DNA of 64,000 bases from Vicinamibacterales bacterium (lineage in GTDB: Bacteria; Acidobacteriota; Vicinamibacteria; Vicinamibacterales; JAMQPK01). The stretch covers positions 7,467 through 71,466 of the forward strand of contig DASZHO010000062.1 of the NCBI GenBank assembly GCA_035937795.1. The letters run 5' to 3'. A program made the translations under genes and the position numbers. The notes under the pieces are model-generated. The model was not told where the DNA came from. It searched no databases and saw only the letters and a program-made list of their open reading frames with translations. Shown here one piece after another: positions 18,607-27,940 of this stretch (positions are counted from its first letter, which is position 1; every line of letters begins with the position of its first letter).

Positions 18607-19527
18607 TTAAGCCACTGACACAGCTGTGCGAGATCGCCCAGAGACGGCGCCGGTCCCACGCTCGGCGAACAGGAGTCCACGGCCGACCCCCTTGTACATG
18701 TTTTCATCCTCGCAGTACATCTTCTCGTCCAGCACGGTGCTAAGCCCCCGCTCAGCCAGTAATTCGACGACGCGGCGGCCGAGGTCCATCGAGTGATACT
18801 CGACGATCAGCCGATCCACGATCGGGAACGATTCGTGGGCTCCCTGAAGTACGTCGAGCTCAAAACCCTCGACATCGACCTTCAAGAGGTCGATCCGGTT
18901 GATCCCAAGCGTGCGCACGACCCGGTCAACAGTCTGGACTTCGACCCTCACACGACTTCCTCCGGCGCGAGGCATCCATTCGGGCCGGAGCGAGCCCATG
19001 GGCGTGAGCCCCTCGGGAACGAGCAGGTCCGCCGATCCGGCAGTTGCACCGAGAGCGCAGTTGATGGCCATCACATGGTGCTCCACGTTATTGGCACGGA
19101 CCGACTTCTGGAGGCGGCGGTAACAGTCCGGATTCGGCTCGAAGGCGTAGACGTGCGCACCTCGCCGCGCTTGCTGGACCGCATAGACTCCGGCGTTGGC
19201 TCCAACGTCAAACACAATCCAGCCGGGTTGCGGGACAAAATCTGGGAGCCGGTCGTAGCCGCGCACCCAGTAGACCTCCTGTGGAGTGAGCAACTCGCCG
19301 GTACCAAGCCCAAAAACGTGCGTCACTCCTTGAAGACGCAGCGTTTCGTCTCGTTGACCATTTGATGACCCCCTGAGGCGCCACAGCACGACCTTGAGGA
19401 AGAGTCCCAGAACCCGCGCCATTTCGACTGGGCCGCTCGCCAGGCGGACCGTGTTCAGCAAAGACCGGAGGAAGATCCTCGCATTGCTCGCGGAAAGACG
19501 CTGCCAGTCGCGCGCCGGCGTTCTCAC
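18607..19527 (-). CDS. FkbM-family methyltransferase
   Basis: 'VFDVGANAGVYAV' and 'RIDLLKVDVEGFELDVLQGA' are hallmark FkbM-family motifs. The start is uncertain: GTG 19527 or ATG 19422. Confidence 0.8.
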   Translation of the reverse strand: MRTPARDWQRLSASNARIFLRSLLNTVRLASGPVEMARVLGLFLKVVLWRLRGSSNGQRDETLRLQGVTHVFGLGTGELLTPQEVYWVRGYDRLPDFVPQPGWIVFDVGANAGVYAVQQARRGAHVYAFEPNPDCYRRLQKSVRANNVEHHVMAINCALGATAGSADLLVPEGLTPMGSLRPEWMPRAGGSRVRVEVQTVDRVVRTLGINRIDLLKVDVEGFELDVLQGAHESFPIVDRLIVEYHSMDLGRRVVELLAERGLSTVLDEKMYCEDENMYKGVGRGLLFAERGTGAVSGRSRTAVSVA

Positions 19528-19559
19528 TGTGGACCTCCGTTACCGCACTGTGCCATGGG

Positions 19560-20402
19560 CTACGCTCTTCGCCAGAATGCGCCGGTCCAATCGATCTGCT
19601 CGATGGAGTCCGTGATGCCGTTCTCCTGTCTATACTCCGTGACAGCCTGTCGTGCACCACTCTGACTGTAGTAGTCGTCGATGATGCAATAGCCGCCGGT
19701 CGAAAGCTTGGGGTAAAGGGCGCGTAGGGCGTCCATCGTAGACTGGTACATGTCGCCATCCAGACGCAACAGCGCCAGTCGTTCGATCGGCGCCGACGGG
19801 AGCGTGTCGCTGAACCAACCTGGGATGAATCGAACCTGATCATCGAGGAGACCGTAGCGCTCGAAATTCGCGCGCACCTGCTCGAGCGGAACGGCGAGGG
19901 TATTCTTGAACCTCGAGAGGTCTAACTGCTCGTCATCCCGCCAGACTCCAGGCTGCGGCTTTGGCAGGCCCTGGAACGAGTCCGCTACCCAGACAATCCG
20001 ATCCGTGTCGCCATAAGCCTTCAGCACGCCCCGCATGAAGATCGACGCGCCTCCGCGCCAGACTCCGGTTTCGATGACATCGCCGGGTACGTCGTCTTGA
20101 AGGACGCGCTCGAGAGAGGACTGAAGACTGTCGAGGCGCCTCAGGCCGACCATGGTTTCGGCGTCCACCGGCCAATCGCGTCCTTCGCTGCGCATCTTGG
20201 GATCGGCGGCCACGCGCTGCACCACGGTCCATCCGCGAGCCTTCAGGTACAACTGAAGGGGGAGAAACCACCATCGCATGATGCCGAACCACGGCTCGGC
20301 CGCAGAAAACGTCTCGGATGCGATCGCCCGGGTCAGGCTCTTCTTCAACAGATCGAGGTACAGCACCTCCACGCGCGTATTAATCAAGGTGGCTGGTTCC
20401 AT
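19560..20402 (-). CDS. TylF/MycF-family (macrocin-type) O-methyltransferase
   Basis: 'GDVIETGVWRGGASIFMRGVL' and 'LRLDGDMYQSTMDAL' match the TylF family. ATG 20402 directly follows the upstream TGA (20403-20405). Confidence 0.85.
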   Translation of the reverse strand: MEPATLINTRVEVLYLDLLKKSLTRAIASETFSAAEPWFGIMRWWFLPLQLYLKARGWTVVQRVAADPKMRSEGRDWPVDAETMVGLRRLDSLQSSLERVLQDDVPGDVIETGVWRGGASIFMRGVLKAYGDTDRIVWVADSFQGLPKPQPGVWRDDEQLDLSRFKNTLAVPLEQVRANFERYGLLDDQVRFIPGWFSDTLPSAPIERLALLRLDGDMYQSTMDALRALYPKLSTGGYCIIDDYYSQSGARQAVTEYRQENGITDSIEQIDWTGAFWRRA

Positions 20403-21677
20403 TCACGCAGTCCTTTTCAGGTGGCGTTCGAAGGTGGTAACGGCTCGAGCCACGCCGTCTTCGGCCCGGATCCGCTCGCCCAAGGCGGCGGCCCGTTTGT
20501 GCATCTCCCCGTCTGTCGTCGCCAGGCGGATGGCCTCGGCGAGAGCTTCCATTTTCAGGTGCTTTCGCCTGATCGGCTGAGGGCCGACGCCGAGCTCGAA
20601 GACGCGCCTGCCCCAGAAGAACTGATCCAAAAAGAACGGGACGATCACAGTCGGCACACCCGCGCGCAAGCTGGCGGCCGTGGTACCCGCGCCGCCGTGG
20701 TGGACGACCGCTGCCACTCGAGGGAGCAGCCAGTCAAAAGGGACCCAATCGATAGCGAAAATATCGCGCGGCAGCTCGGAGGGACGCAGACCGCCCCACC
20801 CCGTGAGCACCATGGCGCGCTGTCCCGTCAAGGCCAAGGCACCGACGACAGTTCGTGCAAGCTCGGTCGGGTCGCGGTTCGTCATGCTCCCGAAACCGCC
20901 GATGTACACCGGGGGAGGGCCATCGTCCAGAAAGGCGACCAAAGCGGGAGGCGGGGTCCAGTCGGCCGACCGGTCCAGGAACCAATAACCCGTCACGTCG
21001 ATCCAACTTCCCCAGTCCGGCGGCGGCGGCGCGACCTCCCCGCTATAGCAGTACAGCAGCAGTTGTTGCTGCCGATCCAGTTCTCCAAACGGCTCGAGAC
21101 GTGGCAGCGTCTCAGGACCCAGCACCTCACGACAGGCGCCGGCTACCCACGGCCGAGCGAGTTGCCAGAGGAGCTGACGCTGCGCATGATAGGACGCCAG
21201 GTTGAAGCGCTCACTGAGCGGGAGCCATTTCGGCACAAAGTCCACCGGGTACGAACGCGTCGGCGAGACCGGGAAATAAAACGCCCTGACGAGTGGTACC
21301 TGCAGCTTCTTCGCGATCGCGTAACCAAACAAGTACGGCAGGATGGAGACGATGATCACGTCCGCGTCCTGACACGCTTCCCAGCAGTCCCGCAGCCGTT
21401 GGCGCATAAGGGGCGCGTCAACGTCAGTGAATGTGCGCCACCAGCGGAATACGTTCCGGCCGTCGTCGAGCAATGCCCGCACCTGGCGATTGTCCGCTAG
21501 CTCGCGCGGATCCCCCGCGACCGAAGCGAAGTCCAGGCCGCATCCACGCACCAGAGACTCAAACCCGGGATGCGCGACGATTCGTACGTGATGACCGGCG
21601 GCATGCAATCCGGCGCCAAACGCCACGTACGGGCGCACATCACCCTCGGAACCGACAGTGATGACTCTAATGCGCAC
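20403..21677 (-). CDS. GT1-family glycosyltransferase, paralog of 17327-18586
   Basis: 'HHGGAGTTAASLRAGVPTVIVPFFLDQFFWG'. The N-terminus '(V/M)RIRVITVGSEGDVRPYVAFG' aligns with the paralog's 'MRIDILAIGSQGDVQPSV'. The ORF track start is TTG 21707. GTG 21677 has a 'GGAGAGG' ~5 nt upstream and removes the overlap with the upstream gene. Confidence 0.85.
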   Translation of the reverse strand: MRIRVITVGSEGDVRPYVAFGAGLHAAGHHVRIVAHPGFESLVRGCGLDFASVAGDPRELADNRQVRALLDDGRNVFRWWRTFTDVDAPLMRQRLRDCWEACQDADVIIVSILPYLFGYAIAKKLQVPLVRAFYFPVSPTRSYPVDFVPKWLPLSERFNLASYHAQRQLLWQLARPWVAGACREVLGPETLPRLEPFGELDRQQQLLLYCYSGEVAPPPPDWGSWIDVTGYWFLDRSADWTPPPALVAFLDDGPPPVYIGGFGSMTNRDPTELARTVVGALALTGQRAMVLTGWGGLRPSELPRDIFAIDWVPFDWLLPRVAAVVHHGGAGTTAASLRAGVPTVIVPFFLDQFFWGRRVFELGVGPQPIRRKHLKMEALAEAIRLATTDGEMHKRAAALGERIRAEDGVARAVTTFERHLKRTA

Positions 21678-21694
21678 GTCCCTCTCCACCCCCG

Positions 21695-23968
21695 CTAGTT
21701 CGTGCAAAATTCACTGGAGATCACCTCCTGCGGCATCCGTGCGAACAGCTCGAGCCGTCGTTCGAGCTTGGCCATCATGATCTCGAGGTCGGTCGCATCG
21801 GGTTGCCGAACAGAAGCGGATGCCTTCTGTGGGTTGAGGGTCTCGAGAGACTCGCTGATCTGGCAGCTCGCTGCCAATGTTTGCGCATCCGCAATCATCT
21901 CGCGCACTGTCGTCACCTTCCGGACTGCGCCGCGGAATCGCCCGCGTTGGTTCAAACGGTCGACTTCGTGCAGGAGCCCGGCAAAGGTCATCGGTGGCGT
22001 GAGGAGCGGAAGGGCCACCAGGTTCGACTGGTCGGAGACGCGGCCTTTTTTCACCACCACGACGTAGTACATGTACTTCTTGTCCGTTTGCACGGTAGTG
22101 TCGAGGTAGAACAAGTCTTGGGTCGCCCCGATTTGCTCGTACGGGCCGATGTACGTGTCCCGGACTAGATTGCCACTAATCCCGTTCCACGCTTCGATGT
22201 TCAGCTGGGTGCGTACCTGGATAGGGAGTCGCTCCGCGCGCCAGATCTGATACAGCTCGGCGCCGGGCGCCACTTTCCATGACAGCAGAGCGTCGCCGCT
22301 TCTGGTCGGCTCGATCTCCAGGCGGTCTGGTGGATCGGGCGCAGCGGACCCGTGAGGAGCAGCGCGAAAAATGGCGAGTCCGTAGTAGTCGTTCACCGTG
22401 CCGAAAAACGCGCCGTGTGGCGTTGTCGCCATCGTCCGGATGCCATAGTCGAAACGGCCGCCGAAAGGATCGGAAGCGTCGGCAAAGCCGTTTGTGGTGA
22501 TTGCGGTGTAGTACCAACCGTCGTTCGTTCGATAGAGGTGAGCCCCCATGTTGTGCTGCAGCAGTGGGCCATACACGGGGTCGTTCTTCGATCCGACGCT
22601 TCCGTTATAGGTCCCGATGAACAGGGACCCATAGACATCGTCCATTTGCCACGCGTGATCGTTCATGCTATGGCCGAATCCGACATCCAGGCCGCTGAGC
22701 GGATACTTCCATTCTGAACCGCCGTTAGACGATGGAACAGCGCGTGGTTGCCCGATCACCAGGTCCCATGTATCGTCAGGGTTGATGCGTACAATCTCGG
22801 TAAACGACGCGGTTCCCACGTACAGGCGGCCGTGGTATTCATGCATGCTCACGACGGACCTGCTGGCGAGCCTGGGGTCCGGATGGTATGCACCGCTCGG
22901 TATGACCGTGACGAACTCGTACGGGGGTGTTCCTTCGGCGCGCGTTTTGATGACTGAGTAGCCGGCGCCTACCGGATCGAATGTCCCCAGGTACAGCCAC
23001 CCGTTGAACGACGCCATTTCGTAGAACACTAATTCCGGCGGAGCGGCCAGGAACCAGGCGTCATCGCCCTTGGCTGGGTCAGCCGAGCCTATGAGCGAAC
23101 CCTGGCCGAAGATTGGGCCCGAGAGCACGAAGAGCTTTCCCGCGTGGGACACTGGCGACCGAAAGCTGGAGTGGTCAGAGTTGAAGGGCAAGTCACCCAG
23201 AAACGTTCCTGGATTCTGCGGAATCGGCGTGAAATTGAGGCCGTCGGTGGTGCGCAGGATACGCGGCGGCGGAATCTTCGTGCTATCCCACATGACGGCG
23301 GTGTTCACGCCGAACGCGTACAGGGCCTCCGTGCCATCGGGATCCGTATGCGGCGCCATACCGCGGAAGGTCATCTCGAACGGTAGCTTCTTCCCTGGGC
23401 GGCCGGGGTTATCGAGTTCAAGGGGCGATTGGAACACTCGCGACCAGGTGTCAACCTGATCCCGCTCGCGGTCGCGCTCGCGTGCGTCCGAGCCGGAGCG
23501 ACCGTCTCGGCCGGGATCGCGGGAGCCATCATCGCGATCATGGGAATCGTCACCCCAATGGGGGTTGTCGACGCCTGGTGTCCAGCGCCAGATCTCGGCC
23601 TGAAGGGAGAGGTCCCCACCGTCAGGTGGGCACGACAGATCGGGATCCGGGGGAGGATAGGGAAGAAAGGTGTCGGCAAATTCCCGGCTGATGACCCCGG
23701 CCGCGAATTGCCAGATCGCAAAGAGGCTGGTGCACACCGCAGCTCGACCCGTGCCGACGTAGAGGGCGCCGTGCCACCACACCATGGACTGGGCCCAGCT
23801 GTTGTTCCGGTCGCCGAAGCCCCGAGGCGCCGCCTGCTGGAAGTCTTCGGCCGTGATCGGCCGGGCGCCGGACTCGTGTGCCTGCGCTGCCGGACTGAGG
23901 TCGATAATCGCGGCAACCGCCAGCAGAGCCGTCATCAATGCCGCAAGTGCGTACCGTCTCGTCTTCAT
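21695..23968 (-). CDS. Secreted protein of unknown function: signal peptide, Asp/Arg-rich low-complexity insert, beta-propeller-like repeats, FN3-like domain, helical C-terminus
   Basis: 'MKTRRYALAALMTALLAVAAIIDLSPAAQA' is a signal peptide. The blade motif recurs as 'HGALYVGTG', 'NGWLYLGTF', 'HGRLYVGTA', 'YGSLFIGTY'. 'PPDRLEIEPTRSGDALLSWKVAPGAELYQIWRAE...YMYYVVVV' is FN3-like. ATG 23968 was chosen because the longer ORF overlaps the upstream gene. Confidence 0.6.
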   Translation of the reverse strand: MKTRRYALAALMTALLAVAAIIDLSPAAQAHESGARPITAEDFQQAAPRGFGDRNNSWAQSMVWWHGALYVGTGRAAVCTSLFAIWQFAAGVISREFADTFLPYPPPDPDLSCPPDGGDLSLQAEIWRWTPGVDNPHWGDDSHDRDDGSRDPGRDGRSGSDARERDRERDQVDTWSRVFQSPLELDNPGRPGKKLPFEMTFRGMAPHTDPDGTEALYAFGVNTAVMWDSTKIPPPRILRTTDGLNFTPIPQNPGTFLGDLPFNSDHSSFRSPVSHAGKLFVLSGPIFGQGSLIGSADPAKGDDAWFLAAPPELVFYEMASFNGWLYLGTFDPVGAGYSVIKTRAEGTPPYEFVTVIPSGAYHPDPRLASRSVVSMHEYHGRLYVGTASFTEIVRINPDDTWDLVIGQPRAVPSSNGGSEWKYPLSGLDVGFGHSMNDHAWQMDDVYGSLFIGTYNGSVGSKNDPVYGPLLQHNMGAHLYRTNDGWYYTAITTNGFADASDPFGGRFDYGIRTMATTPHGAFFGTVNDYYGLAIFRAAPHGSAAPDPPDRLEIEPTRSGDALLSWKVAPGAELYQIWRAERLPIQVRTQLNIEAWNGISGNLVRDTYIGPYEQIGATQDLFYLDTTVQTDKKYMYYVVVVKKGRVSDQSNLVALPLLTPPMTFAGLLHEVDRLNQRGRFRGAVRKVTTVREMIADAQTLAASCQISESLETLNPQKASASVRQPDATDLEIMMAKLERRLELFARMPQEVISSEFCTN

Positions 23969-24015
23969 AGGTAACCTGCTCCCGATTCTTACGCTCATTG
24001 CATGGAACACTGACG

Positions 24016-25197
24016 TCAACGGGCCCCGACCCGAGAACGGTTGCCGCACGGGCCCTTGAAGGTGATGATCGAGGCCTCCACCTCGGGAAAGAAGAGGTGG
24101 AGAGCGGAGATCGATCTGCCGTCGGGATACCATTCGCCGTTGGCCGCTACCCCTCCTCTTTTGTCGTAGTCCGGATAGCCAGGTGAATTGTAGTGAGTGA
24201 GCTGCTGAAGCCCGCTGCCGTCTTTATTCATCAACATGAATTCAGTCTTGAGGAAAAGGAAGTTGTGCGACAACCGGTTATTTCGGAACGGATACGAGCT
24301 CATGAAGAAGATCTTCTCGCCGTCGGGAGAGAAGACTCCGTGCTCGTCCCATACCCCCGGAGTGTTGGTTAGATTGCGGACGCTGCCTGTGGTGATGTCA
24401 AGAACGTACTGATCCTGCCCCTGCGGGTCCTTCATCCCGATGTCGGCTGTGATCACCAACGACTTACCATCGGGCGCGAAGTTGCCGGGCTCGACCCAAT
24501 TGGCGCCAGCCGGCGTGATGTTTCTGAGATTGGCGAAAGAAGGCACACCGTTTCGGTCTTCGCGGAAGTCGGCCAGTATGAGTTCCCAGCGGCCGAACAG
24601 GTTCTTGAAAACGTTGCCATCGACGATCTGCGCCCACACCCCCTGTTTGCCATCGGGAGTGAACGGGATGCCAGTGAACCCGTCGCCCCGCTGGCTGCCG
24701 CCGAAGTCCGAAAGCCGGTGCCACTCGCTGCCGTCGGGTCGCGTGGCGTAGATGTTCACAAACAGGCCTGACAGTATCCAGCCTTCGATCATGCTCTTTG
24801 TATAAATGAGCGGCTTCTTGTACTCGTCCCGTTCGGCGGCGAGCAGGATCCACTTACCGGACGGGTGCCAGTGCGGCTGCTGCTTGTGGCGTTTGACTGC
24901 CGGGCTGTTCGGGCGCTCGCTGCATGTGATGCAGGTGGGACTGTTGCTCCCTTTCGCACCAACATAGAGCTGGTAAGTGCCTGCCGCGTCCTTCTTGTTC
25001 AGAACGTATTGCTCGCCGGTAGGAGACCACATCGCAAGCCCATCCGCATGCGCGATGTCTCGAACTTCGCACTCCGGATCGCCAGGCGCGCCGGCATCTG
25101 GTCGTCTCTGCGTCGCGGATGTACCGGCATGATCAGAGGTCGAAGCGCAGCTAAGACCGAGCTGGACAGCGAGCAGGATGATCGCGTTCGCCTTCAT
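24016..25197 (-). CDS. TolB-like (PD40 / WD40-like) beta-propeller protein, secreted or lipoprotein
   Basis: 'MKANAIILLAVQLGLSCAST' is a signal peptide with a possible lipobox Cys. PD40-type repeats: 'FTPDGKQ', 'FAPDGKS', 'FSPDGEK', 'WYPDGRS'. There is an ATGA overlap with the upstream GT stop (25194-25197). Confidence 0.7.
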   Translation of the reverse strand: MKANAIILLAVQLGLSCASTSDHAGTSATQRRPDAGAPGDPECEVRDIAHADGLAMWSPTGEQYVLNKKDAAGTYQLYVGAKGSNSPTCITCSERPNSPAVKRHKQQPHWHPSGKWILLAAERDEYKKPLIYTKSMIEGWILSGLFVNIYATRPDGSEWHRLSDFGGSQRGDGFTGIPFTPDGKQGVWAQIVDGNVFKNLFGRWELILADFREDRNGVPSFANLRNITPAGANWVEPGNFAPDGKSLVITADIGMKDPQGQDQYVLDITTGSVRNLTNTPGVWDEHGVFSPDGEKIFFMSSYPFRNNRLSHNFLFLKTEFMLMNKDGSGLQQLTHYNSPGYPDYDKRGGVAANGEWYPDGRSISALHLFFPEVEASIITFKGPCGNRSRVGAR

Positions 25198-26516
25198 GCG
25201 GCTGTCGCCGGTACCGGCGCCTCTTTCGCAAGCTTCTCAAGCAGCTTACCCGCCCCCGCTGGTCCAGGCGCCTCGGCGAATCGACGCGCCATACGCCGCG
25301 CATTTTCGCGGAAGGCCGGCTCGTCGAGCAGCCGCATGACCGCCGCGCGCACCCGATCAGGAGTGCAACGGCGCGGCGCCAGACGCAGCCCCACCCCGGC
25401 TTCGACGACGCGCTGAGCGTTATCACTCTTATCCCAGAACGTGGGCACCACCACCAGCGGCACCCCGGCCTTGAGCGAGGCTAATACTGTGGCCGCTCCA
25501 CCCGTTGTCACGATAACCGCGCAGCGCGGGAGGAGGTCCTCGTGGCTGACCCAGCGCTCTACGTGAACATTTGCCGCCAACGAGTGAAAGCCGAGCGTTA
25601 CTGGATCGCGGGATTGGGTGCCGGTCGTCAGGATGACCTCCATCGGTTGATTGGCGAGCCCCTCCGCAGTCGCGCGGAGCAGAAACGGCTCCTGATACTG
25701 CGCAGTCCCCTCAGTCGCATGAACCCACGGTCGGTCGACCGGCAGTGCATCCAACCAGTCGAGTGGCGCTGCACCCGCAGGCCTGGTCCAGACGCACGGG
25801 CCGATGTAATGCACATTGGCCGGCTGATCGCGACGGTTGTAATCGAGCTCCGGTACGCTGGGAATCAGGTAGAGCGGCAGGCGGCCGGTGAACGCATTCA
25901 CCGAACAACCCATTGGACGCAGGCCATACCGTGCCCTGATGTGATTGACGTGGCGGCGCATATTATTTGCGACGATGTCCACGCCTAGTTGCGCCACGCG
26001 CGCGAGCAGGCGGGTTCGTAAGGTCCGCGGCGGTGGCAGACCCGGACCCCAAGGCGGCGCATCGGGCCCAGGAATCATCGATCCGATCATCTGAGTTAAG
26101 AGGGCAACCGGGATGCCGGTCAGCTCCCACACAACTAAAATCGACGCCCATAACGCCGGATCGGTGATGATGACGTCCGGCCGCCACGTGCGGATGATTG
26201 ACCGCAGGTCGGCAACCATCTCCGGGATGGAACCGGCAAGCATGTCGCGATACGCCGTCATCGCGACCGACAGCGTTCGATACTTCGGCTGCGTGGCGGG
26301 CACCTCGGCCTCGAGCGCATGGATCCGTTCGTAGCGTCGCTGGTCCACGTGATCGAAGGCGAAGAGTGTGAATCCCTCACCCTCGACCACCGACCGTGCT
26401 GACTCGTGGCTGTAGAAAGCCACGTCATGACCTCGCTCCCGCAGCGCGTGAGCCACACTGATCTGCGGGTAGAGGTGGCCAACAAACGGCCAGCATGTCA
26501 CGAGAAAGTGCGCCAT
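25194..26516 (-). CDS. GT1-family glycosyltransferase (MGT / macrolide-glycosyltransferase-like)
   Basis: 'MAHFLVTCWPFVGHLYPQISVAHALRERGHDV' and 'VIVTTGGAATVLASLKAGVPLVVVPTFWDKSDNAQRVVEAGVG'. ATG 26516 shares one nucleotide with the upstream TGA (TGATG). The longer ORF N-terminus is Arg/Ala-rich shadow sequence. Confidence 0.85.
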   Translation of the reverse strand: MAHFLVTCWPFVGHLYPQISVAHALRERGHDVAFYSHESARSVVEGEGFTLFAFDHVDQRRYERIHALEAEVPATQPKYRTLSVAMTAYRDMLAGSIPEMVADLRSIIRTWRPDVIITDPALWASILVVWELTGIPVALLTQMIGSMIPGPDAPPWGPGLPPPRTLRTRLLARVAQLGVDIVANNMRRHVNHIRARYGLRPMGCSVNAFTGRLPLYLIPSVPELDYNRRDQPANVHYIGPCVWTRPAGAAPLDWLDALPVDRPWVHATEGTAQYQEPFLLRATAEGLANQPMEVILTTGTQSRDPVTLGFHSLAANVHVERWVSHEDLLPRCAVIVTTGGAATVLASLKAGVPLVVVPTFWDKSDNAQRVVEAGVGLRLAPRRCTPDRVRAAVMRLLDEPAFRENARRMARRFAEAPGPAGAGKLLEKLAKEAPVPATAA

Positions 26517-27928
26517 CAGTACCGGCCTCGCGCTGTCTTCCGAGTCAGCATCGCGGCGCCGACCGCCTCGCGTGTTGTCGAGCGGTCGCTGGCGGAGGAC
26601 GCTGAGGCCAGCGGCGCCGCAGGTCGATGCGGCCCGCCGTGCCGGTGAATGGCGAGGTCTTCGAGCAGATTCGCGGCCTGCGGAGCACCTCCGTAACGCG
26701 CAAAGTCGGCCGCGAGCCGCCGGGCGTTCTGCCGAAATGACTGCTCTCGCAGCACACGCTCGACTGCTGTGCGAATCGCCTCGGGCGTGCACTGACCAGG
26801 CGTCAGGCGCATGCCCGCCCCAGCCTCGGCAACTCGCCAGGCATTCTCAGGCTGGTCCCAGGCCATCGGCACGATAACGAGCGGCACCCCTGCAGACAAG
26901 GTAGCGAGAACGGTGCCCGTGCCGCCCGTGGTCACGACAACATCTGCGCGGGGAAGCAGCTCGATATGAGGCACCCACTGTTCGACCCGCGCATTCGGCG
27001 GAATTGAGCCAAGCCCGAGACTTCGCGGGTCTCGGTGCCTACCTGTCGTAGCAATGACCTGTGCCCGCAGAGACGCCAGCCCCTGCAAAGCCCCGCGCAA
27101 CAAGATCGGCGGCTTCGAATGCATCGTCCCCTCTGTCACATAGACGACGGGGCGGTCCCGTGGCAGATCGGTCAGCCACGGCGCGGGCGGAGCAGCGCCG
27201 GGTTTGTCCCACTGGCACGGACCGACGTAGCGCACCGACTGCGGCAAATCGTGCCGGGAACGGTCGTAGGCCGGCGTGCTGGGCATCAGGTAGAGAGGCA
27301 TCCGCCCCGCAAACGCCGTGACGGACGTGCCCATGGGCGCCAAACCGTGGCGCGCGCGAAGTACTTCGGCGCCCCGCCGCACGTCGGCCGCGACTACGTG
27401 CGCCACCGAGCGGAGCACGCTGCGGCCGAAACGTGCGAACCGTCCATGAGCACGCGGCAAGGGAACTCCCAGGATGGGGCCCTCGGGTCCGGGCAGCATG
27501 CACGCCCCGACGTACGACATGATGGCTAGCGGAACTCGCGCAGTCTCCTGAAGTACGAGCAGCGGACCCCACATCGCCGGATCGCAGACCAGCACGTCGG
27601 GACGCCAGGCGGACAGAACCACTGCCAGGTCCTCTAATTGCCCCTCGACCGTTCCCAGGAGCCACTCGCGCAGCAGCGCCTTGCTCTGCCGAGCCTTCCG
27701 CCACTGCAGGCTCTGCGCATCGAGAGCGAGCACGATCTTCTCGACCCGTTTCTCATCCACCGCCTGGAACGGGAAGCAGCGAAACCCCTCGCTTTCGAGC
27801 GACGGCCTGATAGAGTCGCCGGTATAGAAAGCGGTCTCGTGCCCGCGGTTGCCGAGGGCATGGGCAATTGGAACGTTCGGATGTATGTGCCCTGGATAGG
27901 GCCATACAGTGAAGAGGAACCTCGCCAT
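26516..27928 (-). CDS. GT1-family glycosyltransferase (MGT-like), tandem paralog of 25194-26516
   Basis: 'MARFLFTVWPYPGHIHPNVPIAHALGNRGHET' and 'VVVTTGGTGTVLATLSAGVPLVIVPMAWDQPENAWRVAEAGAG'. ATG 27928 verified. Confidence 0.85.
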   Translation of the reverse strand: MARFLFTVWPYPGHIHPNVPIAHALGNRGHETAFYTGDSIRPSLESEGFRCFPFQAVDEKRVEKIVLALDAQSLQWRKARQSKALLREWLLGTVEGQLEDLAVVLSAWRPDVLVCDPAMWGPLLVLQETARVPLAIMSYVGACMLPGPEGPILGVPLPRAHGRFARFGRSVLRSVAHVVAADVRRGAEVLRARHGLAPMGTSVTAFAGRMPLYLMPSTPAYDRSRHDLPQSVRYVGPCQWDKPGAAPPAPWLTDLPRDRPVVYVTEGTMHSKPPILLRGALQGLASLRAQVIATTGRHRDPRSLGLGSIPPNARVEQWVPHIELLPRADVVVTTGGTGTVLATLSAGVPLVIVPMAWDQPENAWRVAEAGAGMRLTPGQCTPEAIRTAVERVLREQSFRQNARRLAADFARYGGAPQAANLLEDLAIHRHGGPHRPAAPLASASSASDRSTTREAVGAAMLTRKTARGRY

Positions 27929-27940
27929 CGTTCGACTCTC

